64,000 nucleotides of DNA, taken from contig JAAOMT010000258.1 of NCBI GenBank assembly GCA_016748015.1, positions 64,173-128,172 of the forward strand, in the 5' to 3' direction. Positions 37,775-53,000 of the stretch are shown here, piece by piece; position 1 is the first letter of the stretch; each line of letters begins with the position of its first letter. This DNA is from Geosiphon pyriformis uo1. Lineage: Eukaryota > Fungi > Glomeromycota. Both the position numbers and the translations under genes were made by a program. A model generated the notes under the pieces. The model saw nothing but the letters and a program-made list of their open reading frames with translations. It ran no database searches and was not told the DNA's origin.

Positions 37775-40700
37775 TTATCTCTTTTTTTTTAATATTGAGT
37801 TTTTGTAAAATTAGTTATGTTTGTTAATAGAACTTCATTCGTGTAATATTTAATGATTATATTAAATATGGTTTTTTGTAGATTTTTGAACTATTGATTA
37901 ATCATTTGTCCTGTGTTGTTGACTGTTATCTTTTTCAAAAATCTATCCAATAATACATTTGGACAATATCAAAAAGTAATGTATAATCAACATGCTGCTT
38001 TATAATATAGTATTAGGTTGCTTTTTCTTACAAATTTTTTCACTTGTCACATTGCTTTTTTGTTGAAAATTTTTTGGTTGTAATCTCTATATGGGTTTTT
38101 TAAGTCTAGTTATTCTCTAATTTTGTAAAACCAATATGTTAGAGGAAGTCTTTTTTTTCACTCTTGGGCATTGTTTAGTGTCTACTCCTCTGTTTCAGAG
38201 AGTTTGGTCTTATGAGCTAAAAATTCTTTAATTTTTTTTAGCTCAAAGGCTAAGTATATTGTATATAATTGTTTTTGTCTTCTATCTAATTTTCCCATTC
38301 CTTTTTCCTTCTTCCTTTCTTTTTCTTCATGTCCTATCTAAGAAGTATATTTAATTCTTTTTTGTAAAATTTTTTTTTTCAAGCAGAGTGTAAAGATAGG
38401 AACAGTTAGTTCTGGTTGAACTTTTGTTCATTTTTCTCGTCTTCTTATCTCTATATTTTATCTTTTTTTTATTGATTATAATCTCTATTTGAGATGTAGA
38501 TTTTTGAATTTTATCAAATAATTGTTTAGATAATTTTAAAATTTGGTCTGAAAGATCCATGTTTGAAATTTCTATTATTTTTTTCTTTGTGATCTCAAGG
38601 CTTATATACATGTAATATCTAAGTTTTAGTATGTAAATAGCTATATTTTGATGATTATAATTGGTTTTATATCTTGTAGTATATTTTTTGATTTGATTAA
38701 TAGAATTTGTGCTCCTAGTTATGATACCAATGATGTTGATCCTTGTGTTATTTGATAAATTTTTAAACAATTTCTATGTGCTGTCTTTTTTAAAATTCTG
38801 TTTTCTAATTGTAACTTGTAAGATCTATTTCCCAAAATTTTGTGTATATGAAATGATCTGTCCTATTTTGGATCAAACTTTTCATTTCACTGTTTTTCTG
38901 CTTTGTTATGATATAATAATACTTTGTCTCCAATTCTAAATTTAACTGGTTTATCTGATAGTTGGTTGTTGTGCCTTTTTTTTTGTTTTTCTTGTGACTT
39001 TTGGATGTTATCAGCTGCTCTTTGCCATTTGTTTTCTAATATTTCCATTAAGTCATATATTCTTCTCAACAATGTTTCTTAGAAATTGTTTTCTGTTATT
39101 GGTTCTATTAGATATGTATTGACTTTTATCTCAACTGGTAATGTTGCTGTTCTACTATATACTAATTTAAATAGTGTTGCTTATGTAGTATTTTGCTTTA
39201 TTATCCAATAAACAAATAATACTGATGGTATGAATAAATTTCATTCATCCTGGTTTTCTTGACTGATCTTGGCTATTGCTTCACACAATGTTTTATTGAA
39301 TCTTTTAACTAATCTATTGGTTTATAGGTAATATGGTAATGATAATAGTTTCTTTATGCCAAATTTTTGACTCAGTACTGTTAATGTTCTATTCACAAAG
39401 TAAGTTTTTTGGTCGGATAATAATTCTTTTGGACATCTGTGTTGACAAATCAGATCTTAATGAACAAATTTGGCAATGAATTCTGCATCTGCTTTTTGAA
39501 TTGCTTTTGCTTCTGGCCATTTAGTGAGATAATTGATGGCTAGTGCAATGTATCTGTTTCCTTTGCTAGTTATTATTAATAATTCAACTAAGTTAATTTC
39601 AATACAATCAAATAGTTGTTCTACTTTAATTGGTCTTAATGGTTTGTTGGGTTTTGTTTTTTCTCTTTTCTGACAAGTATCACAATTTTGAATGTATTGG
39701 ATGATGTTTGGATACATAGATAGCTAATAGTATCAATTTCTGGTTTTTTCTATGGTTGCTTCTTTATGGAAATGTGCTGCTATTGAATTTGAATACATGT
39801 TGAATAGTATTGTTTCTTTCTCTGGTTTCGTAATTACTCTGATTGGTTGTTCAAAATTCTTTTAGTTCTTTTGATAGAGTAAATTGCAATAGATGATAAA
39901 ATATTTTGATTGTTGTTTTATGTTGTTTTGTTTCTTTTGAGATAATTTCTTCTTAAACTGTTTAGTATTTATATAATGTTGGGGTTGTTGGTATTTTTGT
40001 GTGTTCATCTTTTTATTATATTTTTTTTTGGTTTAAAATGTTTTTAGATTTGTTTCATTTATAACAAACTGTTGGCATTTCCATTTTCTTTTCTTTTTTT
40101 ATAATGTATAATATAAGTATATAGTAAAAGTGCTATTTTTCATCTCACATAACAATTGTCTCCAAATTTTTGCTTCTGAATTAATGTCAATCTTTTGTGA
40201 TTAGTATACATCTCGAATTTTTGGCTTAAGTATTCTTTCCATTTGATAACTGCCCAATAGATAGCTAAGTATTTTAATGTTAGTGTTCTATAATTCTTTT
40301 TAGCTAGACCCAAATTGTGGCTAGTATATGCTACTGGATGTTCTTTTTCATCTAGTTTTCTCTGAGATAGTACAGCTTACAGTGCTTAATCTAATGCATT
40401 AGTAATAATAATAAATAGTTTGCTGTGATCTGGATAGATCAATACTGGTGCTTGGATAAGCTTTTTCCACAGTATATTAAAAGCTTCTTGCTGGGTTTCC
40501 ATTTATTCATACTTAATATTCTTAGTTTAAAGCTGATCAAGTGGTTGAACCAGTTTAGAAAAGTCTCTAATGAAGCAGCAGTAATAATCTTCAAATTTTA
40601 AAAATGCTCATAGTTCAGTCAAATTGGTTGGTACTGAAAATTTCTTTATTATCTTGATCTTATCTGGATCTGTTTTAATGTCATCTTTGCTTATGACATG

Positions 40701-43700
40701 TTCCAAAAATTTTAATTTTGTTTTGTTAAAGAAGCACTTGTTTGTATTTAATTTTAATCCTGTTTATTTGAATCTTTTGAACACTTGCTGAAGATGATGA
40801 AGATGATTATTAAATGTTTTTGAAAACACATTGGTGTCATTCAGATATACAACTACTGATTTCCATAATAGTCCAGTGTAAACAATTTTCATTAGCTATT
40901 GGAATGTGACTGGAGTATTCATTAAGCCAAATGGCATTATTTCAAATTCAAAATTTTTCTCTCTTGTTGTGAACACAGTCTTTTCTTTGTCAGCTGAATT
41001 TATGGCTACTTGTCAGTAACCATTATCTAAATTCAATATTGAAAACCATTTCTTTTCACTGAAAGCATCAAATAATTCTTGGATCTGTAAAATTGGATAA
41101 CTGTCTTTACAAATAACTTCATTGAATTTTCTATAATCCACACAAAAATGGATTTTCTCGTTCTTCTTATGAACTAGTACTATTGACAATAACTATAGAC
41201 TCATGAATGATTAAATTAACTTATTGTCTAGTATCTAATTGATTTTCTGTTGAATGATTTTATGGCTGGCTGGTGGTATTTTGTATGTTCTTTGTTTAAT
41301 TGGCATGGTATTTCCAATCTTAATCTGATGCTGAATGATATTGGTTTTGTTAAACTCATTTTCACTTACAAAGATATTACTAAAATTGTTAAGTAGTATC
41401 TTGATTTGCATATGTTGTAGTGAGTCTAAGTTTCCTAAGTTCATTTGTTCTAATTGTTCTGATTGGAGCAAATAGTATTTATTTTGTTCATATATAGCTT
41501 GCAATGTGATGTCCACATATACACATAGTTGTGGGAAGTCTGGAATATGGTTTGGTAATTGGTTCTCAATTTCAGTAGTTAAATATCTAATAATGGTTCT
41601 TTTTGGTATTTTGATGATATTTCTAATTATGTTATAAATGGGAATTTTAATATGATGGTAGTTCTTGACTGGTATATAAAGATTAGTAAGTTTAATCTCT
41701 CCTGATTCACAAATAGTTGGCTCTGCTTCAAAAATCTGGGCTTGATCCTTCACTTTCCTTTCTATTGTTAACATATACTGGTCATATGATGAAATAAAAA
41801 TTAGTTGATAGATGAAAATAATTTCTCTCTTGTCAACAACTTCTTCTTTTGTCATATTGACCAGTATGTTTATTCTATCCATGAATTCAAATTCACTTAT
41901 CCCTATTTCTTATTAAAACTAACTGAGCTACTTTAACTAAAGGCAAAAATATTGTTTATGCTATTTTTTTATTTAGTTCTATGATATAGGTCTTTTCTGA
42001 GTTATTTTGTAACATTGCAATAATATTTTCTACATATTCTGCATCAATTATTTCTCCTCATATATTGATTCTTTTTTTTGCTAAACTACTCTTAAATGCT
42101 AGTTGAACCATAGTGGTTGCTAAAATTTTGAGTGCTATTTTGAGATCAATGCAGATGCATAAATGTGGTTCCAATTTGATGGCTTTTTTTCTTGAGTATC
42201 TTAGATCAAACTCTGCATTAGTATTATGCATGCATTCTGGTATAATACCTTTATTATTATCACTGAACTACTTAAGTTTCTGCTTTTTAGAAAGATCCAG
42301 AAGTGTAATATATTGTTTGGAGTTTAAATTAGAGTTTGAATTATTATTAATTTGGTTGCAATATTGAACAAAACTGGAACTATTGTTATTATCATCATTG
42401 TTGTCAAAGTTTGAATTGGGATTGAACATTGATTTTAATTCAAATGCACAGCTGTTAATTAGTTTTTCCTCTTTTAGGATTGTATAAATCATATATGATA
42501 GTGAATTTTAAGTGAAGTTACACTCATTACAATATTGAAAGTCATATGGAATCAAGCAATGTTGACACAATTAAATGTTCAACTGCTTTAAACATTGTTC
42601 TTGTTCTTTCTTGGTAGATGCTAATTCTTGGTAATGTTTGTAGAATTGTTCTGAGTTCATAGGGTCTAGAACAATATCTGAATTTGGGTCACAATCAAGT
42701 TCTATAGGTTCTGGTGAGTTGTTTTTGATTGTTTTTATTTCTTTTGGTGATGCTCCTTCAATTTTGGTGAGGACCATATACCAAATTTTGTTGTTGTTAT
42801 GTGGACAACCATCCAGATATTTGACTGCTTATTGCCAGACAGTATCTATGGAAGTTTCTTTTCTTACCTAGTTACTGATTAGAATCATGTATTGGCACAA
42901 TTTATCATAAGTTTTTTTTTGTCTAAGGATGTTGTTCCACATTTTTTCATTTAACAAAGTTTCTTCACAAGCCATGCATGATTTATTGTCCCATTTTTCT
43001 TGTCTTTTTGGTTGTTCAAACCGTTTGAGGATGCAGGGATAACAATAGAACTTTGTTGTCATTGGCCATTTTTTATTGTTACCACAGCATGTGCCCATTG
43101 ATAACAATTTTTTGTCACAGTTAACACATACTAGCTTTGGTTGACAATAATTTGACTGGTCTCGTGTGGTAGTGGTATATGGAATATGAGTAAAGATGCT
43201 TGCTTGTAATAAGTCATTTTCTTTTTCTTTTCCTTTTTTTTTGTTGTTCCAAGAAGATATGAGCAGCAATTCATTGTGGTTTTCATCAGCTCATGAGACT
43301 TGATAGGCTTTTCAGATAGGTTTTTCTGTTTTCTCTTCAAATTCAATTAGTGGTTGTGTAATAGTTGGCTTAAAGTGTCCACAGATTGTTGGTACTTGCA
43401 TGTAGTGACTGTATTGGCTGAGCTGAAGCTCTTATGTAGTCTAATTGAGCACTTTGTTGGTTTTAAACAGCCAGTTATTATTAATAAAAGCTTGGTACTG
43501 AGTGACTTCCATGACTAAAACCTTGATTAGTACAATATAACTATTAACTTCAATGAGAAAATTGTCAATTTTGCCAATTAAAGTTTTGGTGGTTCTATTA
43601 GCAGTAATAATTCTGGCATTGGCAGCATAATCAACTCAGCAACCTAATTGGTTCATAAGTTGTTATGTAATGATGCTGTTTGCTGAACTACTGTTTAGGA

Positions 43701-46097
43701 TTAGCTTGATAGCCTGCCCATTGACTTTGGCATTAGTGTACATAGCAGTAATAAGTTTTGTATTAAGGGTGGCTCCACTAAAAAAAGAGATTTCAGTTGG
43801 TCCTTTAATTTTAAAGAAAAAAATAGCTGCTAACAATTTGTCATTAGTAATAGTGGCTGAAAGTATGTTGTTGTTAATTGTTTGTTTTGAGAAGGTTTTC
43901 AAGTTGTTGGTCAAGGCATCTTCTGGGGTAACCAGGAGACTCAGATAGTTCTGAGAACTCGGATTTTGGTTGTACCCATTTCCCAAATTTCTGAGACATG
44001 ATTCTAAGACATGATTAGATAAACTGGAGATTAGTTGATAAACAACCATTGCTGATCTCCAGTTTTGTTGAACAATTCTTGGTCTTTGGTTTCTGGGTAA
44101 TGTCTGGATTGAATTTTGTGGTGGAGATTGAATTTGTTGGGATTGATATATCACTTATGGCTATGATTGGTAGATAACTGGTGCTGGAATTTAATAAATT
44201 GGGGTTTGGTAAATTGGTTACTGTGCTATTTGAGTGTAATGTTGTTAATAATAATCTTGATTTGGGTAGCAGTTTGGAGTTTGAAATCTATGATCAGGAT
44301 TTCAATATTGATTTTCCAATTATAATTGATTGCAATATGCTCTGCAGTTAGCTTTGAGATAATCTTGTTTGTCACAATTGTAATAAACATGTGTTTTTTG
44401 TTGTTATGGTTGATTGACTAATGATGGTGGATGCATTTGATTTTGAGACTGACTGGAATTTCTTGAGTTGTCATAATGTTGTGAAGTTTGATAAATAGAC
44501 TGATTGTTGTTAACTAAATACCTTTTAATTTTCTGATTAATGGAATCACTAAATTGTTTCAGCTTAAAGTCTCATTCAGATGACCCATTCATTACTAGAT
44601 TTATGGCTTGGGCATAGTTGGCTTTGAGTTCTGCTGTTTCAAAATCTCAGGTCTAAGTAACTGCTGCTTAAAGATCTGCTGAGTGTAATAGATATACATA
44701 TTGAAGAATATTACTGCACAGTCCTTTAATGAATTGATTTAATATTTGTGGTACTGTAAAGTAATTGGCTTGTATTTTCTGAATTTGGTGCAGATTTCTG
44801 TAAAAGCATTCTAGGTAAGTAGTGACTGCTTCAATTTTTCCTTCCTTAATGGTAGTAAAAGTATTGGCTAAACGATTAATACTATTATTGTTACTAAAAT
44901 ATTGTAGGAATTCAAGCTTGAATATGTTGAAATCCTAAGGTTTGTTGGCTAAGCTTTGATACCATGAGATAGTGATATCCTAAAGAAAATATGAAATAGC
45001 TTGTATGGCTTTGGCATTATTCCATTCATTGGCTGTGATGGCTTTTTCCATATTGTTTAGCCATACTTGCATGTTATCTTCTTTGCTGGTAAATTTTTTA
45101 AGTTTGACAATAAGTGCATATATTATTGATATGATTGGTTGTTACTGTTGTATTGGTAGTTATTAAAGTGGTATTAGCAGCTGTTATGATATTGACTTAG
45201 CAATTAGGTCAATTGATGATTGGTTAATTATAATCACTGAAGGTAAATTTTGCTAATTAATAAGATTGGAGTTTGAATTGTGCTGATTTTTTTGAGTTTA
45301 AATATTCAGAGTTTCAACTTCTGGGTTTTTTACTATTAGATTGTGGTAATAGAATTCCTGATTGTTATTTTTTTCTTCTTCTGATTTTGTTATCTCCCAG
45401 GAACTTATGGTTCTGAAATCTGGTTAAAACAGTGATAATCAAAATCCTAATGGTATTGGTAATTACAATTTAAATCCTTCAAAATAATTGTTATAAGTTC
45501 TTAATAATTCTGTTTTCTTTTGTTTACTTTGAAATAGGAGTCATCTAAATGTTAATGTTATGTTTGATGTAGATGCATCTGCTGATGCAATATTGATGGT
45601 ACTTCTGGGTATGTGATAATATGATGAATATAATGAAGATTCAATTCTTTGTTTCTTTTATGTTGGTAATTGTATTCCTTTTAGAGTTGCTGCTGGTGTT
45701 TGTAACTTTCTTTTACCCTTATCTGTATAGGTAATGAGGAATTGTTGTTGAGTATATCTTTCAATTTCTTGATTAATTTCTCTAATAATTAGGGTAAAAC
45801 TGTAATTTTGTAGTAAGCTGGTGTATTAGATTAATTTTATATAGAAATTTTCTCTTGCTGATTTAATGTCAACTGGTTTTCCTAAAAAATCTGTAATTTT
45901 TTGGTTAATATAAAAGTTGAAGACTGATTTTGCTAGATAGTAATTGTTGATTAAGTCTAATTGTTGGCTATATTGTTGAAATAAAGATTTGGCGAATCCT
46001 AAGTGGTTTGTCCCTATTATTTCTGATTCTGCCACTTTTGGATGACTGCTGTTAGTGCTGGTTCTCTGTAAAATTATACTTCACAGGGAGCACCAAA

Positions 46098-47020
46098 TGT
46101 TATAGGTAATTATTTTAGGTAGTTAAAGTAAATAACAAATTCATAACTTGGTGCTTAATAAATATAAGATAGTAATAATCTGAAAATTTTTGTGTTCTAA
46201 AAGTTTTGATTGAGTTTTTTGTATAATAAACAGAGATTCTCATGTTATTTTATTTGTAGCCTCCCAGAATAACAATTCTATCAATTTTTTTCTCAGCTTG
46301 GTGGCTGGCAATTTTCTGATAAACAATCTGTAATTTTTACACATTCTACTTATTTGTAGTGGTTTTTTGTCAGGAAATTCTTAATGTTAATAACTCAGCA
46401 CTTAATTTTTAAAAAGTTTAATAAACTCCGAATAAGATACAACAAAATAAAAAATAAAATAAAAAAAATTAAGCCAAGACAATGCAAATTAGTATTCCAT
46501 TAATAGCTGTGATTAAGAGCTATTGTTTTCATGTGGTTTAAGTATCAATTACTATCAATCTTTAGAGCTAATAGCAAGTAATTGGATTTGGAGATGTTGA
46601 ATAAGTATATTTATTGATATTTTGGAATGATATGTTTCTAACTAAGAATGATAACTAATAACTTTCTGTCTTTAAATTCTCTCTTTTTGCTTCTAATGCT
46701 ACTGCTATATATACATATTTTCCAGTTTTATAAGATTGGTTTGAATTGTCTGTTTTTGCTAGCTATTGCTTTGTTTTCTTATATTATAGCTAATTATTCT
46801 ATGTTATAACATGTTATCTGATGTTATTCTGTATTATAATATATTATCCTATGTTATAATGTATTATTCTGTGTTATCCTGCATTATAACACATTATTTT
46901 ATATTATAATACGTTATTCAACATTATTGCATATTATTCTGTGTCCTTTCACATTTTGTCACATTTTTTAGGTCACATTTTTCTTTCTTTTTTTGATTGG
47001 CTTTCTTTTTTCAAGTAACA
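46098..47020 (-). repeat. Gypsy D 5' LTR
   Basis: TGTTA...TAACA termini; PBS TGGTGCTCCCTGTGAAG adjacent. Confidence 0.93.
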
Positions 47021-50000
47021 ATATCTAAAATTACCAGAAACAGCAACACCACTGGCTCTAATATAATGTTCATTGACCAAATAGAGCAGGTGCTAATTGG
47101 AGACAACAGCTGCTTTGGCAAGCATATTAGTATACTTATTCCCTGAAATGCCAAAGTGATTTCTAACCTTATACTAACTGATATCTAAATTCTTATAACA
47201 AATAACACTTACAATGTAGCAATGTTTGATTCAACACTGATTCCTAAAATCTGAACAAATTAACTTTAAATCTGACCTGCATGTATCCAAAACAATCTGG
47301 CTGTCCATAAACAGGTCTACAGAATAAGAAAAAGAAACACACTCAAGAGCCAAAGCAATAGCCTGCAGTTTTGCCATAGTAGAAGACAACAAACCAGAAA
47401 TCTTAACACCCAAACTCAAATTAATGTCTTTAAAAAAAACAGCTGCTCCAGTTTTCATACCAAAAGTCTCCAAACTACTCAAAGATCTATCTCTATAAAC
47501 AGAAAGACAGCCAGCATCAGCACACAACAGATTGTTACCAATAACACCAAACTCATAAGACTGAAAATATTTAAAAAACTATGATTATTAAAAAGTGAGA
47601 AACTGACAGAAAGAAAAGTATAACTACCAAGAAACTAAATAGAGAGCTCAAACCAGATGAAAACAAAGCCACAGGAGTCCAACCACTTCCACTATTTAAA
47701 AATTATTTAATCAAAAACAACACCACTTCAGTCATGCAGCTGTTCCACAAAAACAATCCCATAATGCCAAAGTAAAAAAACACACTTAAAATAAATTAAC
47801 TCACTAAGGACAAGAGACATAGGAGTTTCACTTTAAAGACAAAAAGCACTGGCTAGAAAGTTGTCTAAAAACAAATCATACTCAGAAAATATGTGCACCA
47901 TACTCACCAAAAAATTATTTAAAAGATTGACTTTGACACAAGTCAGGAACTGTAAAGGGTAAAGTGGATGCCAGCTGAAAACCTAAAGATTGTGTAACCT
48001 GTAAGAAAATAACTGGCCCAAAATACTAACTGAATTTGCAAAAAAACAACTGAAGCCAATTTGCTTTTAACTTGAACCTGTTCAAACATTTTCAAACTAT
48101 ATAGAGAAAGATAATAGATTGCATTATTGGGAAAATCAAGCAGCAGACCAGATTTAGACTTCAAGCTTTTATGAATAAAAGCATTCCATTTATTACACAT
48201 GTCAACAGAAATGAAACTGAATTAAGTTTTATAACTAATAATTGAGTAAAGGATCACAGATACCAAATATGTAAACTGTTTATTTAAAATTACTTTTCTT
48301 AAAACAAAATTGACAAAAAACCAAACATTCAAATGCATTTTAACCAAATTAGATTTCAACAAACTTTCAGAAGATAAAAAAATACCCAAATAGTAGTGTG
48401 ATTCCTCTTTTTTGGCAACAAAAATAGGTGAGTCACTAATAATTAGATAAGAGTTTTTGATCTAACAGTTAATAAAGATGACTACAGTCTTGTTATTATT
48501 AATAAAAATATTATTAAATCAAAAAAATTTACTTGTAATATTAAGAATGTGCTGTATAGCAACTTGGCTATTATCAACCCAAATTGTATCATTGACAAAA
48601 ACACTGACAGCAAAAAATAAAGTCAACCCAGCCTAAGATTCTGTTCTGCCAGTTTTGGAGATAAAATGAGAATTTAATCTATAACTATATACACTTTCTT
48701 GCCTCTTAACTTTACACAAGAGTGAATCATAAAATATGCACCAAAGAAAAGATGAGAAAATTTTTTTTTGATTTAGCCCATCATGAATGCAATATCTATC
48801 AGTTAGGCCAAAGTTTGTTATTACTTTGTTAGTGTGACTATTGTGAAAACTACCAAAAAATCTAATAAATTTGTTACACATTTTGATCCTAGTTTAATTT
48901 CTCCTAAGATATTTCCACCCAACAGAGTTATAGGCTTTATATCTGTTCTGCAAAACCAGCCATTGTTCCTGATTCTTCTCCAAAGCATCTTCAATAACAG
49001 AACCAATGGCAAAAATGGGAGATTGTATCAATGTACTTCTTAAAACAGAAAAGTTGTTCTCATGAAAAACATTAAAGACACTGCAAACCAGAAAAATCTT
49101 GTTTAAAAGAATCTTAGAAAAGATTTTATGAGCTGTCTTAATCAGAACAATAGAATAGGTATTGGTAAAAACACCTTCCTATTTATAAAGTTTGGAAATC
49201 ATTAAGATCCAAGCTTCTTTTTAAGATCTAGGCACCAATTCACAAGTTAAACAAAAGTTTAAAAGCACCAACAGCATATCCAATACCAACTTGTTACAAT
49301 GCTTCTACAACTTATTTGAGATGCCAGAAAAACCAGCTGCTTTTCCATCTGACAGATTCAAAATTACAGCAAACATCTCATTAAACATTATTGAACACAT
49401 TACATCAGAAAAAGCATTATCAAAAACATACTCTAAAAGCTGATATTGGCAAGACCAATCATCAGAGAAATCAGATACCACTCCATATTTCCTAGTCCAA
49501 CCCTTCATGATCATATCTATCTTAGATTTAACTAAATTGGGCTTCAGTACCAACTCATTATTTACAATCAAATAATCCAATACTACCTTACAAAAGGGAC
49601 ACTCCAAAACACTCCTGATGGTATGACTCTTGTCAAATTCAAAATTTTTTATCTTTTTATTAATAGCTGTCTTAATGCAAAACTCCTCTGCATGCTTAAA
49701 CTCCAGCATTTTAGAAGAGCAGTAAGACTTTCTTGCCTTAGCCAAAGCCAAATAAATTGTGTTAAAATTAGAACCTGAAAGAAACAAAATCTTTATTGCC
49801 AATACACCAATAGTGTTAAGTCTACCCCACATATCCAATAATGCTGTAAAATCTCCATTAGAAACTAAACAAGAAGCCTTAACTACCTTAAACACTAACA
49901 ATTTCAGCTTATGAAACCTTGGTAAAAACTTTATCATAATTCTTAAACCATTTCTTTTTGAAAATTTTGTTTGCTGAGAGAGTTATTATCTTGTAAACAA

Positions 50001-53000
50001 TGTTTCATATAGCATTCAGATCCGAAAACTCCATAAAAACAGCAAACTCACTTGAAAACATTATAGTATTGGCTGATATAACACCCTTAAAATTGTTCTA
50101 TTTATTTTTATTAACATTTTTGAAATCAAATTTCTAATAATTCCTATTAGCTTGTTTGTAAAGAGAATTTAACAGTATATCCAACAGTCTATCTAGACTC
50201 ATAAACATAGAAACAGCATAGTAATCAATATTGAAATGTTCACTGGTATTCAAAATATCATGATACACTATTGCATTAACCAAATTAGAAGAGAAAAACA
50301 CATAATTAATTGTTTTAGCAACATTTTAAGAATTGTTCAATATCGAAACTCTTGTGAATGAGCTTTCATCCATAAAATTGACCAAACCCAAATCAAAGCA
50401 CTTCTTAAAACTAGCATACTTACAAGAACTATCTTTGTTAAAATCTCTACTTAAGATGACAAAAGACAATTTGTTTACAGTTTTCACAATTATAAAGTTA
50501 ATATTACCAGCTTGAAAAAACCAAACCATAGAAGAAACACCAGCATAGAGCCCCAAAATCGAAATAGAAAGTTTATTTTTGAAGAATAACTTAATAGAAA
50601 AAAGCCAACCAGATACCTCAGAAATTTTACACACATGATAAACCAGAAAAATGTCCATAATAACAGCAACACCAGAACTCAAGTAACCAAAGTCTACACC
50701 AGAAGTAAAGACACAAATACTATCAAACTTATCAACAATTCATTAACAGATTCTACTCTTTAACTTAGTTTCAGTAATGATTAAAATCAAATTGTCCATA
50801 TTCTTATGTCACCAAACAATATCTTCTTGCTTTACAGGATTGTTTATACCCTGAACATTACATATAACAATTTTTCAAACCAAACTGTTTATTAAGATAA
50901 AGAAAAAACTAATAAACCCAAACCAGAACACAAATGATCCAATCTTTCCAAAACCAAATTAACTAATACTTTCAAAGCCACCATATTTGACTCCAAGCCA
51001 TCTATCTTAATGGTCAAAATCTTAAAACTACTAGAACTGGAATCAGCAACCACATTAAAACTAACAGAAAAAAAAAAGGCAGATGACACTAATAGACCAT
51101 CCAAAACCATATTCGAATTCAAATTAGGAGCCAAAAAGACAAAGGTGACTGAAAGAGAAATGTAAGAGATTATAGTCAAAGACACCAATTCTATTAAGCT
51201 CAACTTTTTTATAAAAACAGAAACCTGATCAGTTAAAAGCTCCAAAAAGTGTTTTAAGACTGCCAAATAATCAATCAAACCAGAATTAATAAAGAGGGTA
51301 GAGCCTGAAGAGAAAAGTATCACATCCAGAAAAGAATCAACACCAGACAAAACTGATAAGACCACATGAGATGGAAAGCCATCAGCAATTTAAGCCCAAG
51401 TTTTACCTCCAAATAAAACAGAACATACAATAGAAGCATGCTTTTTTTTATATATGTTGGCCAAATAAATTCAATCCTGAGGAGTTACCATATGCTTACT
51501 ATGACCACTAAAATTCTTACCTACCAAACAATTAACAGAGACATAACTAAATTGTTTATATAGAGCACAACAGGCCAAAGAAAACCCAGCCCAATGTAAA
51601 TTCACATCTTTAAAAACAATAGCAGCCAATTTAAACACCTCATCAATAAAACACACTATTGCACATCTATTATGTACATATAAATTAGGATTACAGCCAA
51701 TAAAACAAGTTTTCCCATTATATAATTCCAACATACCAGAAAGATTATAAGCTGTAGTTCTAATTGGAAAAGTATAAAACAAAGCCCAATATAGATCTCT
51801 TAACACCTATAATTGTTTATCTCCAACTGTTTTTGCAACATGAACAGAATTTTTTTCCATAAAAACAGACCACTTAACTGTAACCAAATTAGCTATTTCA
51901 GATGATTTAAACTCCACTAAAGCTTTTTGCTATAGACCAATTAGTTGTATCTTGATTAATACAATCTTATCAAACTTAGAAAAAACAGACTTTACAGCCA
52001 ATTTGAGAAAATTAACTGGAATTTTTTTAATAATTACTTCTCAATCCAAACAAATGTTTACCTTCCTGAAATCATTATTAACCAGAATATTTTCACTAAT
52101 AGCCAACTCCTTAGTCTTATTTAAACTAGCTTCTGATATAAAAGATGATTTAATAATACCAGAAAATTTTGAGAGCATTAAAGCTCCTCCAAATTTATTA
52201 ACTTAATAAAAAATCTTTTTTATAGTCATCAATTTGTCAATAATAGTCTTTTTAGGTACTGTCAAAATCTCAATATCAAGTGCAAAAGATTTTGTTAAAT
52301 TGAAGCTCTATTTTTCCAAAGCATATAACTTGAGCAGCAGCAACTGATTGGGCCCAATAACTACACAGAAAAGAAGTTCAAACACAATATTATCATCACT
52401 TATATGTTTAAATAAAGATTGCTTTGGTAAATGGCCCAGCATGTATGTCCATATGTAAGTTTTTCTTGGTATTATTTCATCCATATTATTATTCTCATTA
52501 GATTCTGTGTAACTGGTTTCTTTAACAACTATGTTTGTCATATTTTTGACATCCAAAAGACCACTTATACTGCTAGAAATGCTGCCAACATCACTTTCCC
52601 AAAATACTACAGACTTGATACCAACACTACCAATATTCTTTAAGCTTAAAGGGCCAGCAAACAAATCAATCATATTAATAATTACATGCTTTTTTAACTT
52701 CTTAAATAACAGATTGCAAAAGTACACACTATTCACATGAGCTTTTTTTTTGTTGCTAAACTGGGTCTTCAACTCAGCCAACTTAGTACCAGTTTCACCA
52801 ACAGAAGAGCTCACTAGTTTTATAGCAACAAATAAAGGTAAAAAAGAAGAAATAACTATGAAAACAAGAAATAAGAGATAAAAAAAAGACTATTTCTACA
52901 ACAAAATATCTAATACTCTCATTGTGGCTATTAATTTTGTAACAAATAAATATTTTTTTAAAAAAAACTTATTTAACAAATTTTAATAAACAAAAAATTT

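Larger units (their letters stand above)
36866..47020 (-). mobile_element. Gypsy D: full-length dUTPase Ty3/Gypsy element in LINE-b ORF2
   Basis: LTRs at 36866-37774 and 46098-47020; TSD ATAT (36862-65 / 47021-24); PBS 46079-46095; PPT 37775-37790; gag-pol from 46035 to ~38660; extra ORF ~37789-38610. Confidence 0.94.
35933..52955 (-). mobile_element. LINE-b: full-length APE-RT-RNase H LINE (~6.86 kb without Gypsy D)
   Basis: Poly(T) from 35933; shared 3'UTR; ORF2 from 50892 to 36061 (SRDFN, VFVNDTIW, VYRDRSL, CLFCSDVEISDHVFSC); ORF1 from 52823 to 50889; frame restored across D. Confidence 0.9.
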